Positions 20,105 through 28,942 of a DNA stretch of 64,000 bases are shown piece by piece. The number at the start of each line of letters is the position of its first letter. Within the stretch, counting starts at the first letter, position 1. The stretch is from Alphaproteobacteria bacterium (GTDB taxonomy: Bacteria > Pseudomonadota > Alphaproteobacteria > SP197), in NCBI GenBank assembly GCA_964291265.2, contig OZ219747.1, positions 1,152,001 to 1,216,000 on the forward strand, in the 5' to 3' direction. Made by a program: the position numbers and the translations under genes. The notes beneath the pieces were generated by a model. The model was not told the DNA's origin. It ran no database searches and saw only the letters and a list, made by a program, of their open reading frames with translations.

Positions 20105-20330
20105 GCCGCCGCAACCGCAACGCACGCAGCCTCTTCGCCCAGCGCAACAGAAACCGTCAGCTCTCCAGCCTCGAGATCGTCCCGCCCGACGAACCACGAC
20201 GAGGACGGAGAACGCCAGAACGAAACCACGCGCAAAAGCCTGAAGCTCCCCTCCCACATCACGTTCCACAAACGCCGAACGCCAGAAAACGCCGACCGGA
20301 ACGACATCGTCAACGTCAATGCAAGACCAA
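19987..20330 (+). pseudogene. degenerate, internally deleted copy of the Toprim gene
   Basis: Aligns codon-for-codon to 18609-18813 (with TGG changed to TGA) and then to about 19062-19195. Confidence 0.85.
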
Positions 20331-20429
20331 TGGGATCCAACAATAGGCAGAAAACAAAGACCGGGCGGACCTTCGTCCAATGCCGCACGTTCTCCTGTCG
20401 TGGTCACCCACTCACACGATCAGCGCCCA

Positions 20430-20478
20430 AAAGAGCGGTTCTCCGCCAATATCCCGCCGTTCTAAATCGCCGCCGACA
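20430..20478 (-). repeat. right terminal inverted repeat (IRR)
   Basis: ATCCCGCCGTTCTA at 20451-20464 is the reverse complement of the IRL core; the end is ACA followed by CCCTC. Confidence 0.9.
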
Positions 20479-20550
20479 CCCTCGATTGTCGCGGTGGAGA
20501 CCACCGGTCTGCCCTTCTACGATGCCAACGGCGGCAGGATGCGTGCATGA
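20479..20550 (+). pseudogene. soxA: extreme C-terminus of soxA, displaced by the IS21 element
   Basis: Reads IVAVETTGLPFYDANGGRMRA*, matching the SoxA-type terminus PFYDxxGxRxxx*. Confidence 0.75.
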
Positions 20551-20790
20551 CCGCGTTGTCGGATATCGCAGCGCAGCCATCAACACATGGACCGGATCAG
20601 GCACGAGCTGTTGACACGGATCAGCGAAGCCGCGCACGAGAGATCAAGGACGGTGATGATGCTCGGCGGACAGCGGAATGGCTCATCCTGGACGGGGAGT
20701 CAGATGGTGTGGCGACTGCTCAGCCGTTCATCGTGTTTGAGGAAAGCGACGCGTGGGAGAAACCGTCGCACGGTTCTGCCCGATCGATGC
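20547..20790 (+). pseudogene. possible sarcosine oxidase gamma subunit remnant
   Basis: ATGA overlap with the soxA stop, in the position expected for soxG; only weak motif support (EWLIL). Confidence 0.35.
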
Positions 20791-20935
20791 CGGCGCTGAC
20801 ACGGGATTCGAAGGAACTGCCTGGGCCGCCGGTTTCGCCAGACAGCCATCGTGATGCCACGATCAGCCGGCGAGATCGCGATCCTCGTACCGCGCAGCTC
20901 CGCGGCGTCCCTCGTCGTCCTGGTCCGTGACGCGA

Positions 20936-21649
20936 TCACGCGCTCCGATTCGTCGATGCGCTCCGGCTGACCGATACGTCGCTGTCGGCCAGTTGATCGT
21001 AGACCTTCATGCCCCAGCCAATGTCCTGTTCGACCAGATCGCGTGCCAGCCTGGCGTTGCGGGCCCGAATGGCATCGGCAATGTGCGCGTGGAGCAGGCG
21101 CCAGTCCTCGGTCGTCTCCAGGGCCCGTACCACATCGGCAAGGTAGGGTCCCGACTGCGCCCACAATCCCTCGATGATCGACGTCATCTCCGGATTGCCG
21201 GCGCCGGCATAGATGGTGAAGTGAAAGGCGTAGTTGTTGGCGAGATAATCCCCCCTGACGCCACTCTCGATGTCCCTGTTCGTCTGGTGCGCAAGCGTCT
21301 CCAGCCGGTCGATCCCGGCCAGGGTCATGCGCGGCGTGGCGAGTTCCGTTGCCGCGCCTTCCAGGTTGGCGCGCAGGAAGAAGAGATCGGAAACGCGCGC
21401 AGGATCGAGCTTGGGAACGCGGAACGAGCGGTTCGCGGAGGCGATGAGGGCGCGTTCCGATGCCAGGCGCTTGAGCGCTTCGCGTACCGGCGTCATGCTG
21501 GTGCCCACCCTCTCGGCCACCGTGCGGATGGACAATGCAGCGTCAGGGCCGTGCTCGCCGACGATCAGCGACCACTTGAGCCGCTGGTAGATCTGATCGC
21601 TGAGCGACATGTCGCTCAGCGTGGATCGTGAGTTCCCGCCGCGCCCCAT
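20936..21649 (-). CDS. GntR (FCD-type) transcriptional regulator
   Basis: LSDQIYQRLK, VGTSMTPVREALKRL, NYAFHFTIY. Confidence 0.92.
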   Translation of the reverse strand: MGRGGNSRSTLSDMSLSDQIYQRLKWSLIVGEHGPDAALSIRTVAERVGTSMTPVREALKRLASERALIASANRSFRVPKLDPARVSDLFFLRANLEGAATELATPRMTLAGIDRLETLAHQTNRDIESGVRGDYLANNYAFHFTIYAGAGNPEMTSIIEGLWAQSGPYLADVVRALETTEDWRLLHAHIADAIRARNARLARDLVEQDIGWGMKVYDQLADSDVSVSRSASTNRSA

Positions 21650-23304
21650 CAGTTTCCGGCGGCGTGCTGGCCGGTCCGGCGCCGGTGTTCCATGACGGTC
21701 TCGAGCCAGCCGACCCTGAGGTCGGGAACGGACCTCAACAGGAGATCGGTGTAGTCATGGTGGGGCGGCCGCAGCACCTCGGCCGTTGGACCCGTTTCCA
21801 CGATTTCGCCGTCACGCATGACCGCCACCCGGTCGGCGATGCGCGCGATTGTCGAGATGTCGTGGGAGATGAAGATGTAGGCCACGTTCAACCGGTCCTG
21901 CAGGGAAACAAGGAGATCCAGGATGGCTTCGGCCACCACCGTGTCGAGGGCCGAGGTGATTTCGTCGCAGATGATCAGCCGGGGATCGGCGGCAAGCGCC
22001 CGGGCCAGGTTGACCCTCTGCTTCTGACCGCCTGACAGCTCGCGCGGAAAGCGCCGTGCCATGGCGGGGTCGAGACCGACCAGCTCCAGGAGTTCGCCGA
22101 CCCGGCTCTCGATCGCCCGGCGATCCGCACCAAGATAGAACGCCAGCGGGCGACCCAGGATCTTCGAGACGGCGTGCCGCGGATTGAGCGCCACATCGGC
22201 CATCTGGAAGACGATCTGAACCTCGCGCAACTCGTCGCGTGTGCGTTGCTTCAGCGAGGCGGCGAGCGGCCGTCCCCTGAGGAGAACCCCGCCTTTCCAG
22301 GGCGCCATGAGGCCGCTGATGACACGGCCAAGTGTCGATTTTCCCGAACCGGATTCACCGATGACGCCGACGGTCTCCGCGGCACGCACGTCAAGGGAGA
22401 CATCGCGCAAGGCCGGCACCTCCCGCTGGCGACCATACCCGGCCGAGACACCCTTGACCGAAAGCAGGTGCGCCCCGTCGCCCCGCGATGTTCTCTGCGT
22501 CACCTCCGCCGGCATGACATGGGCGGCGGCGATCAACTGCCTTGTGTAGTCCTGTCGCGGAACGGTGATGATCGTTTGCGTGGGGCCGTACTCGACCATG
22601 CGGCCGTCCCTGAGCACCAGAATCTCGTCGGCGATCTGGGCAACGACGGCGAGGTCATGACTGACATAGATGGCCGAGGTCCGGTTTTCGCGAACCAGGT
22701 TCTTGAACGCCTGCAACACGTCGATCTGGGTCGTGACGTCGAGTGCGGTGGTCGGCTCGTCGAGGATCAGGAGCTTCGGGCTGCACATCATCGCCATGGC
22801 TGCCATCAGGCGCTGCAACTGGCCGCCGCTGACCTGGTGGGGGTAGCGTCGGCCGATGGTTTCCGGCGACGGCAAATCCAGTTCGCCATAGAGCGCGGCT
22901 GCCTTGCGGGTAGCGTCATCCTGGCTCATCAGGTTCCGGATCTGCGGGACCTCGGTGACCTGGCGGTTGATCGAGAGCGCGCTGTTGAACGACGCGGCGG
23001 CACTCTGGGCGACGTAGGAGATGTCGACGCCACGAACCTGTCGACGACCGGCGAGGTCCAATTGCAGCACGTCGGTGCCGTCAAGCAGGATCTCGCCTCC
23101 CTTGAAGGCACAGCCTGGACGGGTATAGCCCAGACAGGCAAGCGAGATGGTCGTCTTTCCCGATCCGGACTCACCGATCAGCGCGACCACCCTGCCGGGA
23201 GCGACCGAAAACGAGACATTCTGGACGATCGGTGTGCGTTCGCCGCGTTTGGCAATGGCGTCGATCGACAGGTTCTTTACATCGATGACGTTGCCGGTCA
23301 TCAC
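21649..23304 (-). CDS. peptide-type ABC transporter ATP-binding protein, double ATPase
   Basis: GESGSGKT and GESGSGKS; VSGGQLQR and LSGGQKQR. Confidence 0.95.
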   Translation of the reverse strand: MMTGNVIDVKNLSIDAIAKRGERTPIVQNVSFSVAPGRVVALIGESGSGKTTISLACLGYTRPGCAFKGGEILLDGTDVLQLDLAGRRQVRGVDISYVAQSAAASFNSALSINRQVTEVPQIRNLMSQDDATRKAAALYGELDLPSPETIGRRYPHQVSGGQLQRLMAAMAMMCSPKLLILDEPTTALDVTTQIDVLQAFKNLVRENRTSAIYVSHDLAVVAQIADEILVLRDGRMVEYGPTQTIITVPRQDYTRQLIAAAHVMPAEVTQRTSRGDGAHLLSVKGVSAGYGRQREVPALRDVSLDVRAAETVGVIGESGSGKSTLGRVISGLMAPWKGGVLLRGRPLAASLKQRTRDELREVQIVFQMADVALNPRHAVSKILGRPLAFYLGADRRAIESRVGELLELVGLDPAMARRFPRELSGGQKQRVNLARALAADPRLIICDEITSALDTVVAEAILDLLVSLQDRLNVAYIFISHDISTIARIADRVAVMRDGEIVETGPTAEVLRPPHHDYTDLLLRSVPDLRVGWLETVMEHRRRTGQHAAGN

Positions 23305-24158
23305 CGGAGATCCTCCGGTGAGCTGGCGTCGTTGCGGCGCAGGTACCAGTCGACCAGGAGGTTGATGCTGATGGTGGTCGCGGCGATGCAGAGCGCCGGA
23401 TAGAGCGGCGTGAATGTACCGTAGAGGAGACCTTGCATGTTCTCCCGGATTAGGACTCCCAGGTCCGCCTGCGGCGGCTGGACGCCAAGGCCGAGGAAGC
23501 TCAGCGCCGAGATGAACAGGATGGCATAGGTGAAGCGGATGCCGAATTCCGCCGCCAGCGGGACCAGGGTGTTGGGCAGGATTTCATGCCACATGAGCCA
23601 GCCAAACCGCTCGCCTCGTACGGTTGCGGCCTCGACATAGTCCTGGACCACGATATCGACGCCAAGCGCCCGGGCAACCCGGAAGACCCGGGTCGCATCG
23701 ATGAAGGCGATGGTGACGACAAGAACCGGGATCGACGGCCCGAGCGCCGTGATGACGATCAGCGCCAGCATGATCGCCGGGAAGGCGATGAGGGCGTCGA
23801 CCAGACGGCTGATCAGCATGTCGAACCGGCCACCGATGACAGCGGCCAGAAAGCCGAGACTACAGCCGACGAGGAAGGCCAGCAACGCGATCGTGAGAGA
23901 GACGGCGACGGTGAGTCTCAGACCGTAGAACAGCCGGGAAAAGAGGTCCCGTCCCAGATAGTCGCTGCCAAGCAACAAGCCCTCGCCCGGTGACACGAAA
24001 CTGCCGGTCGTCAGGATCTCGCCTTCCCTGTGGGGTGCCAGGAATGGCGCCAGGATCGCGGCAAGCAGGATCAGACAGATGATCGACAGGCACAGCGTGG
24101 CCGTCGGCGTCAGATCGCGCCTGGCCTCGCGAAGCGCCATGACAACGCGCTCGACCAT
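23301..24158 (-). CDS. ABC transporter permease (OppC-like)
   Basis: LGSDYLGRDLFSR, YVEAATVRGE, LSFLGLGVQPP. Confidence 0.93.
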   Translation of the reverse strand: MVERVVMALREARRDLTPTATLCLSIICLILLAAILAPFLAPHREGEILTTGSFVSPGEGLLLGSDYLGRDLFSRLFYGLRLTVAVSLTIALLAFLVGCSLGFLAAVIGGRFDMLISRLVDALIAFPAIMLALIVITALGPSIPVLVVTIAFIDATRVFRVARALGVDIVVQDYVEAATVRGERFGWLMWHEILPNTLVPLAAEFGIRFTYAILFISALSFLGLGVQPPQADLGVLIRENMQGLLYGTFTPLYPALCIAATTISINLLVDWYLRRNDASSPEDLR

Positions 24159-25112
24159 CTACTTCGGGTGCCTGACGCGTGGATTGGCGATGAGCGAGAT
24201 GATGTCGGCAGCCAGATTCAGCACGACATAGGTTGAGCAGAAGATCATCGCCGCAGCCTGCACCAGGGGGATGTCACGCGTCGTCACTCCTTCGACCATC
24301 AGTCTGCCAATGCCCGGAAAATTGAACATGGACTCGATCACGACTATGCCGGTGATGAGGTAGGCAAGGTTGAGCGCGATGACGTTGATGATCGGTGCAA
24401 TGGCGTTGGGCAGCGCATGAACCAGAATGATCCGCCATTTCGGCACACCCTTGAGGACAGCCATTTCTATCGGCGACGAGGTCAGCACGTTCAGGACAGC
24501 GCTGCGCGTCATCCGCGCCATGTGCGCCATGACGGTGAAGGAGAGCGCAGTCACCGGCAGGGCGAGAACGCGCGCGTACTCGAGAAATCCGTCGACGCGG
24601 TTCAGGTTGGCAATGGCCGGCAGCCAGCCGAGCTGAACGGCAAACAGCGATACGAGAAGGACCGCAATCAGGAAATCGGGCACGGAAATGAGCGCCAGGG
24701 TCGAGGTCGAGATCAGGCGGTCAATCGCGCTGTCGGGCCGGGTCGAGGCCATGAGTCCGAGCGCGATCGAGAGCGGCACGGCAATCGCCGCCGTGACGGC
24801 TGCCAGCAGAACCGTATTGCCGATGCGCTCGCCGATGACATCGTTCAGGATCGCGCCGTTGGCCAGAGAGGTGCCGAGGTCGCCACGCAACAGTTCTCCC
24901 AGCCAAGCAAGGTAGCGCAGGTGGGCCGGCTCATCGAGGCCCAGCCGTTCGCGGATGTTGGCGACCAGTTCCGGTGTCGCTCCCTGCCCCAGGATGGCGT
25001 AGGCGACATCACCGGGCAGTATCTCGGTGCCGACAAAGACCAGGATCGAAACGATCAGCACGGTGAGGATGCCCAGCCCCAAACGCTGCACGATGACGCT
25101 GAGGATGTTCAT
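24159..25112 (-). CDS. ABC transporter permease (OppB-like)
   Basis: EILPGDVA, RLGLDEP, IEMAVLKG, NPRVRHPK. Confidence 0.93.
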   Translation of the reverse strand: MNILSVIVQRLGLGILTVLIVSILVFVGTEILPGDVAYAILGQGATPELVANIRERLGLDEPAHLRYLAWLGELLRGDLGTSLANGAILNDVIGERIGNTVLLAAVTAAIAVPLSIALGLMASTRPDSAIDRLISTSTLALISVPDFLIAVLLVSLFAVQLGWLPAIANLNRVDGFLEYARVLALPVTALSFTVMAHMARMTRSAVLNVLTSSPIEMAVLKGVPKWRIILVHALPNAIAPIINVIALNLAYLITGIVVIESMFNFPGIGRLMVEGVTTRDIPLVQAAAMIFCSTYVVLNLAADIISLIANPRVRHPK

Positions 25113-25164
25113 GGATTGCGCTTCGCGCTCCTCCCGCTCCCAGCCGCTTCCAGACTACCATGGA

Positions 25165-25201
25165 ACGGCCACCGCGGAAGCGACGCCCCCGTGGCGGCCG
25201 T
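25165..25201 (-). terminator. GC-rich intergenic stem-loop downstream of the SBP gene (mRNA stabiliser/attenuator)
   Basis: Imperfect 13-bp arms ACGGCCACCGCGG / CCGTGGCGGCCGT; no U-tract. Confidence 0.4.
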
Positions 25202-25225
25202 CGCAGGTCACACCGACGGTCAGAT

Positions 25226-26824
25226 TCAACTCTCGGTGCGTTCAAGCCACGCAGTACGGGCCATCTGGTAGAAACCGAGCGGCCCGGACGGGTGCGGCAC
25301 GATACCCTGTACTTCGGTTCGGGAGGCGTCCATGTAGTCGCTGAACGCCATGGTGATATGGCCGCCGTCGTCCTGGAGCATGCGCTGCAGTTCGCAGTAC
25401 ATTTCCTTGCGCAAGTTGAAATCGGTGACGCCGCGCGCTTCGACCATGATCTTGTCGAAGTTCTCGTTGTTCCACGCCGTTTCGTTGTACGAGGCGCCGC
25501 CCGCGAAGGCGATCGACAGGATGAGATCGGGCACGGGCCGTCCGTCCCAACCGGAAACGCACATGGGTTTCACCAGCCATGCAGTCTGCCAATAGGTATC
25601 GGCCGGTGGCTGGATGAGGTTGATGTCGATACCCGCGGCCCGCGCCGATTCCTGGAAAACCTGGCCGGCGGCAAGGCCACCCTGGCCCGGCACGTCGGAG
25701 GCGTAGAAGTCGATGGGCGTGCCTTCGAGTCCGGTCTTCCGAAAATGGAACCTGGCCTTGTCTGGATCATGGACGCGCTGTTCGATGTCACTGCAGTAGT
25801 AGGGATCGATCGGCGAGATCGGGTGATCGTTGCCGACATGAGCGAACCCCTTCATCACGTTTTCGATGATCGCCTCTCGGTCAATGGCATGCTTCATCGC
25901 GAGGCGGAAATCGGGATCGCTCGTCGGCTCGCGGTCGAGCATCATGGCGATATTGAGGAACGAGGCGCTCTTCGAGTTCAGCACCCTGACGTCGTCGCGC
26001 TGCTCGATCAGGCCGACGGCCTTGGGATCGAGATAGAGCAACACGTTGATGTCGTCGGACAACAGCGCGTTGGTCCGCGCCGTCGGATCGCCGACCGCCA
26101 CCGTCTCGAACTCGTCGACCCAGGGTCCGTCATCACCCCAGTAGTTGCCGTTGCGCTCGAAGACATAGCTCAGGCCGGCCTGGAAGTCCTTGACCTTGAA
26201 CGGTCCCGTGCCGGATGTGTTGTTGCTGAAGTCGGTCCAGCCTTCCTGGGAGACGTGGACGCGCGTATCGCTGAGGACGATGGGAAAGTCCGCGTTGGGT
26301 GAGGACAGCCTGAACTTGACGACGTGATCTCCGTCCTTCGCCATCTCGGCGATCTGCCCCAGATAGGCCTTGGCAGGCGATTCCGAACCCTCTGCAAGGT
26401 GGCGACTGAAGGAGAAGATGACATCGTCGGCATTGAACGTCTTGCCGCTGTGAAAGGTGACGCCCTTGCGCAGCTCGAAGGTCCACTCGGTGGCGTCGTC
26501 GCTGACGTCCCAACCCGTGGCGAGCCAGGGAATCGGACGCAGGTCGGGGCCGCGGTTGACCATGAGGTCATAGACCGAAAATCCGCGCAGGAGATCGGAG
26601 GTCGAGTAGAACGCTGTCGGATCGAGTGAATCGACGTTTTGCGCGGCCTCGACACCAACCGTGAGACGACCGCCCTTGACCGGCGACTGCGCCCTGGCGG
26701 CGCTCGTGATCAGGCCCGGAAGGACCGAGGCGCCGACTCCGGCAGCGGCCATGCGGCCAGCAAACTCGCGTCGCGAAATGCGCCGCTTGACGAACAGGTC
26801 AGTCAGATAGTCGATCTTTGACAT
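25226..26824 (-). CDS. ABC substrate-binding protein family 5, Tat-exported
   Basis: MSKIDY...ISRREF twin-arginine signal; [15 protein letters not shown]; GTGPFK; SD GAGGAAG. Confidence 0.93.
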   Translation of the reverse strand: MSKIDYLTDLFVKRRISRREFAGRMAAAGVGASVLPGLITSAARAQSPVKGGRLTVGVEAAQNVDSLDPTAFYSTSDLLRGFSVYDLMVNRGPDLRPIPWLATGWDVSDDATEWTFELRKGVTFHSGKTFNADDVIFSFSRHLAEGSESPAKAYLGQIAEMAKDGDHVVKFRLSSPNADFPIVLSDTRVHVSQEGWTDFSNNTSGTGPFKVKDFQAGLSYVFERNGNYWGDDGPWVDEFETVAVGDPTARTNALLSDDINVLLYLDPKAVGLIEQRDDVRVLNSKSASFLNIAMMLDREPTSDPDFRLAMKHAIDREAIIENVMKGFAHVGNDHPISPIDPYYCSDIEQRVHDPDKARFHFRKTGLEGTPIDFYASDVPGQGGLAAGQVFQESARAAGIDINLIQPPADTYWQTAWLVKPMCVSGWDGRPVPDLILSIAFAGGASYNETAWNNENFDKIMVEARGVTDFNLRKEMYCELQRMLQDDGGHITMAFSDYMDASRTEVQGIVPHPSGPLGFYQMARTAWLERTES

Positions 26825-26982
26825 GGGTGCTTCCTCTTCAGTCTCATGGCTGCCCGTGCAGGACAATGGTGCGATCAACTCGAATCTGTGATCACACATC
26901 ATAGGGGCTCGTTGACGTGGTTCAAGAACAATGCGGACAGCAGCGATCGGACGATTTTCACCAGGGATCGGTTCGCGCAACA

Positions 26983-26996
26983 CCCCCCCCCCCCCC
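26983..26996. repeat. poly-C/poly-G homopolymer, 14 bp
   Basis: C14 run read directly from the sequence. Confidence 0.85.
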
Positions 26997-27281
26997 GTTC
27001 TGCGGACCACGGTGGCGCACGATTCCTCGGCGAGGACTGACGGCGGGGACGCGGGCTCCGGGAATGGTCGGGAACCCGATCGCACGGCTCCAGGAGAGGT
27101 CGGCACCGGAAGGACTTCGATTCCTTCGTTGCCGTCCAGGCGACGCGCGAGTGTTCCAGAGGACGTTTCCGGGTTGCCCTCGTGTACACCGAACACGTCG
27201 AAGAAGGCGTTGCAGAAGCTTTCAGTGCTCGGTGAAGGCGGCGCCGCGGGCGCGAACCTCGTTCCATGACAGGCGCACGGC

Positions 27282-28211
27282 TTACGGCGCGTCCTGATCG
27301 AAATAGTCTTCGTCGATCCGCTTGACCTCGTAACGAAGCTGTGTCCGCACACCGATTCCGTGCCGAACCATGAGCCGCGCCAGTTCTTCGCCGTCGATCA
27401 GGACGATCCGCTTCGGACTCCGCGCCACATAGTCCCTGGCGGCGCGCGTGAAGCCGGAAGTGGTGACGAAAACGCCCTTCGTCGTGCCTGCGGCGTCGAT
27501 CGCGCCCGCAAAGTTGCGCAGCTCGCCTTCGCCCACGGTGCTGCCTTCCGCATATCTCTTCGCCTGCACGTAAACCTCGTCCAGACCGAGCGCATCCTCC
27601 CGGATCGTGCCGTCGATTCCGCCATCGCCAGAACGTCCCGTCACGCGGCCTCTCTCGGCATCGCCGCCGCCATAGCCCATCGCGATCAGCAAATCGACAA
27701 CCGCCCGTTCGAGAAACTCCGGCGCCGCATCACGAACCCGATGCAGCACTTCGGCTTCCAGAGCGCTGCTCAGCTGTCGCTAGGCCTGGCCCAGAGCTTC
27801 CTCCGGGGTGTCGGCAAGTTCTTCGTTCTGCCCGGATGTCGCATCCTTGCCGGGAGGCGGAGCTTTCGCGCGTTGCCACCATTCGGCGAAATCGGGGTAC
27901 TCTGTGAGCAGGTTCAGGTCGATGCGCGAAGGCGCACGAGACAACAAGTGTTGACCTTTGTCCGTGAGCCGATAGACACCGCGACGGACCCGTTCCAGAA
28001 GCCCGGCTCGTTCCATGTGGCTCATGGCCCAACTCACACGGTTCGCGAACACCGCCTGCCGACCGCTCGGGAGCATTTCCCGGACATCTTCCGCCGAGAG
28101 TCCCTCGGCGGCGGCGATACGCTCGCGGGCTTCGGAAAGTGACAGCTCCCCATCGCCGGCGAACGCCTTGAGAGCGGGGAGCATCAGCGACTGGAAATCA
28201 GGGACGGGCAT
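27282..28211 (-). pseudogene. mrr: Mrr type IV restriction endonuclease with one in-frame amber stop
   Basis: Mrr_N (MPVPDFQSLMLP, LPSGRQAVFANRVSWA) and catalytic domain (GDGGIDG, VYVQAKRY, FVTTS, LIDGEEL) lie in the same frame, separated by TAG at 27780-27782. Confidence 0.92.
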
Positions 28212-28434
28212 CGCATGCCGCCCTTGTTGTCGCCACCTGCCGCGGCGTCACGCAGTTCGCGATCTCGCGGCCCGCCGCGATCTCCGCCTGGCGAAGCTCC
28301 CAGGTCTTCTGCAAGTTCATCCAGAATTCGCCCTGCGCTTTCGACAGCGCATTGGCCGACAGGTCAAGCGCTTCGATTTCGTCGCGTAGCACTTCGCCGG
28401 GATGTAGCGACCTCATGCTATTCCTCGTGTTCAT
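28198..28434 (-). pseudogene. higA: HigA antitoxin with in-frame deletion of the HTH core
   Basis: HPGEVLRDE...SANALSKA is joined directly to EFWMNLQKTWEL; the usual ~30-aa segment containing ALRL is absent. Confidence 0.8.
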
Positions 28435-28444
28435 GTTCGGCCCC

Positions 28445-28723
28445 TCAGTGACAGTCCACGATCTCGACCTCGCATGGCCCGTCGTCGGTTCGGCGGAAGC
28501 AGGTGCGCCATTTCGTGTTGATCCGGATGCTGCACTGCCCGGCACGGTCGCCCCGCAGCGCCTCCAGCTGGTGCGCGGCAATGCGGCAAGGTCCCCGAGC
28601 GTCTCTGCGCCGTCCAGCAGGATCAGTCGACGCACCGCCTGATCGGCGAAACCTTGAAACACTGCAACTCATCGTTTCTCGAAGAAGCGCCGCGTCTCCC
28701 GATCCTTGTAGACCTCGAATCAA
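28445..28723 (-). pseudogene. higB: HigB/RelE toxin, frameshifted
   Basis: Fragments spread over different frames: QAVRRLILLDGAETLGDL and LEALRGDRAGQCSIRINTKWRTCF...VEIVDCH. Confidence 0.82.
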
Positions 28724-28942
28724 GCGCGCCGATCGTAACTCATGCCTGCGCTTTCCGTAAAGAACGCTGCGGGGCTTGTTCAGCAAAGCGAATCCCAGAC
28801 ACGGCTTCCTCTGACATCGGTCGGTGCGTGACGATCAAGACCCGACAGGCACGAATCGCCAGACCGCCGACGGAGCCTGATCTGTGCCTGTCATCGGGGG
28901 TTCGGCTCAAGCTCTCGGCATATGTGCCCGCGGGAGCGGTCC

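Larger units (their letters stand above)
15153..20478 (+). mobile_element. IS21-family cargo-carrying element, 5326 bp
   Basis: Ends TGT...ACA; imperfect ~49-bp TIRs; 5-bp direct repeat CCCTC at 15148-15152 and 20479-20483; internal istA/istB; soxA sequence resumes after the right end. Confidence 0.92.

Noticed and set aside
18609-20330. A-enriched non-coding copy of Toprim segments as a DGR template/variable repeat pair
   Set aside because: Only about 15 of 38 mismatches have A in the putative template, whereas a DGR requires nearly all. The copy has an internal deletion, and there is no reverse transcriptase in the window.
12094-28211. Pyrrolysine recoding (MttB plus the amber codon in mrr)
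   Set aside because: This MttB has no in-frame TAG, no pyl genes or tRNA-Pyl were seen, and the mrr TAG is simply explained as a Tyr-to-stop point mutation.
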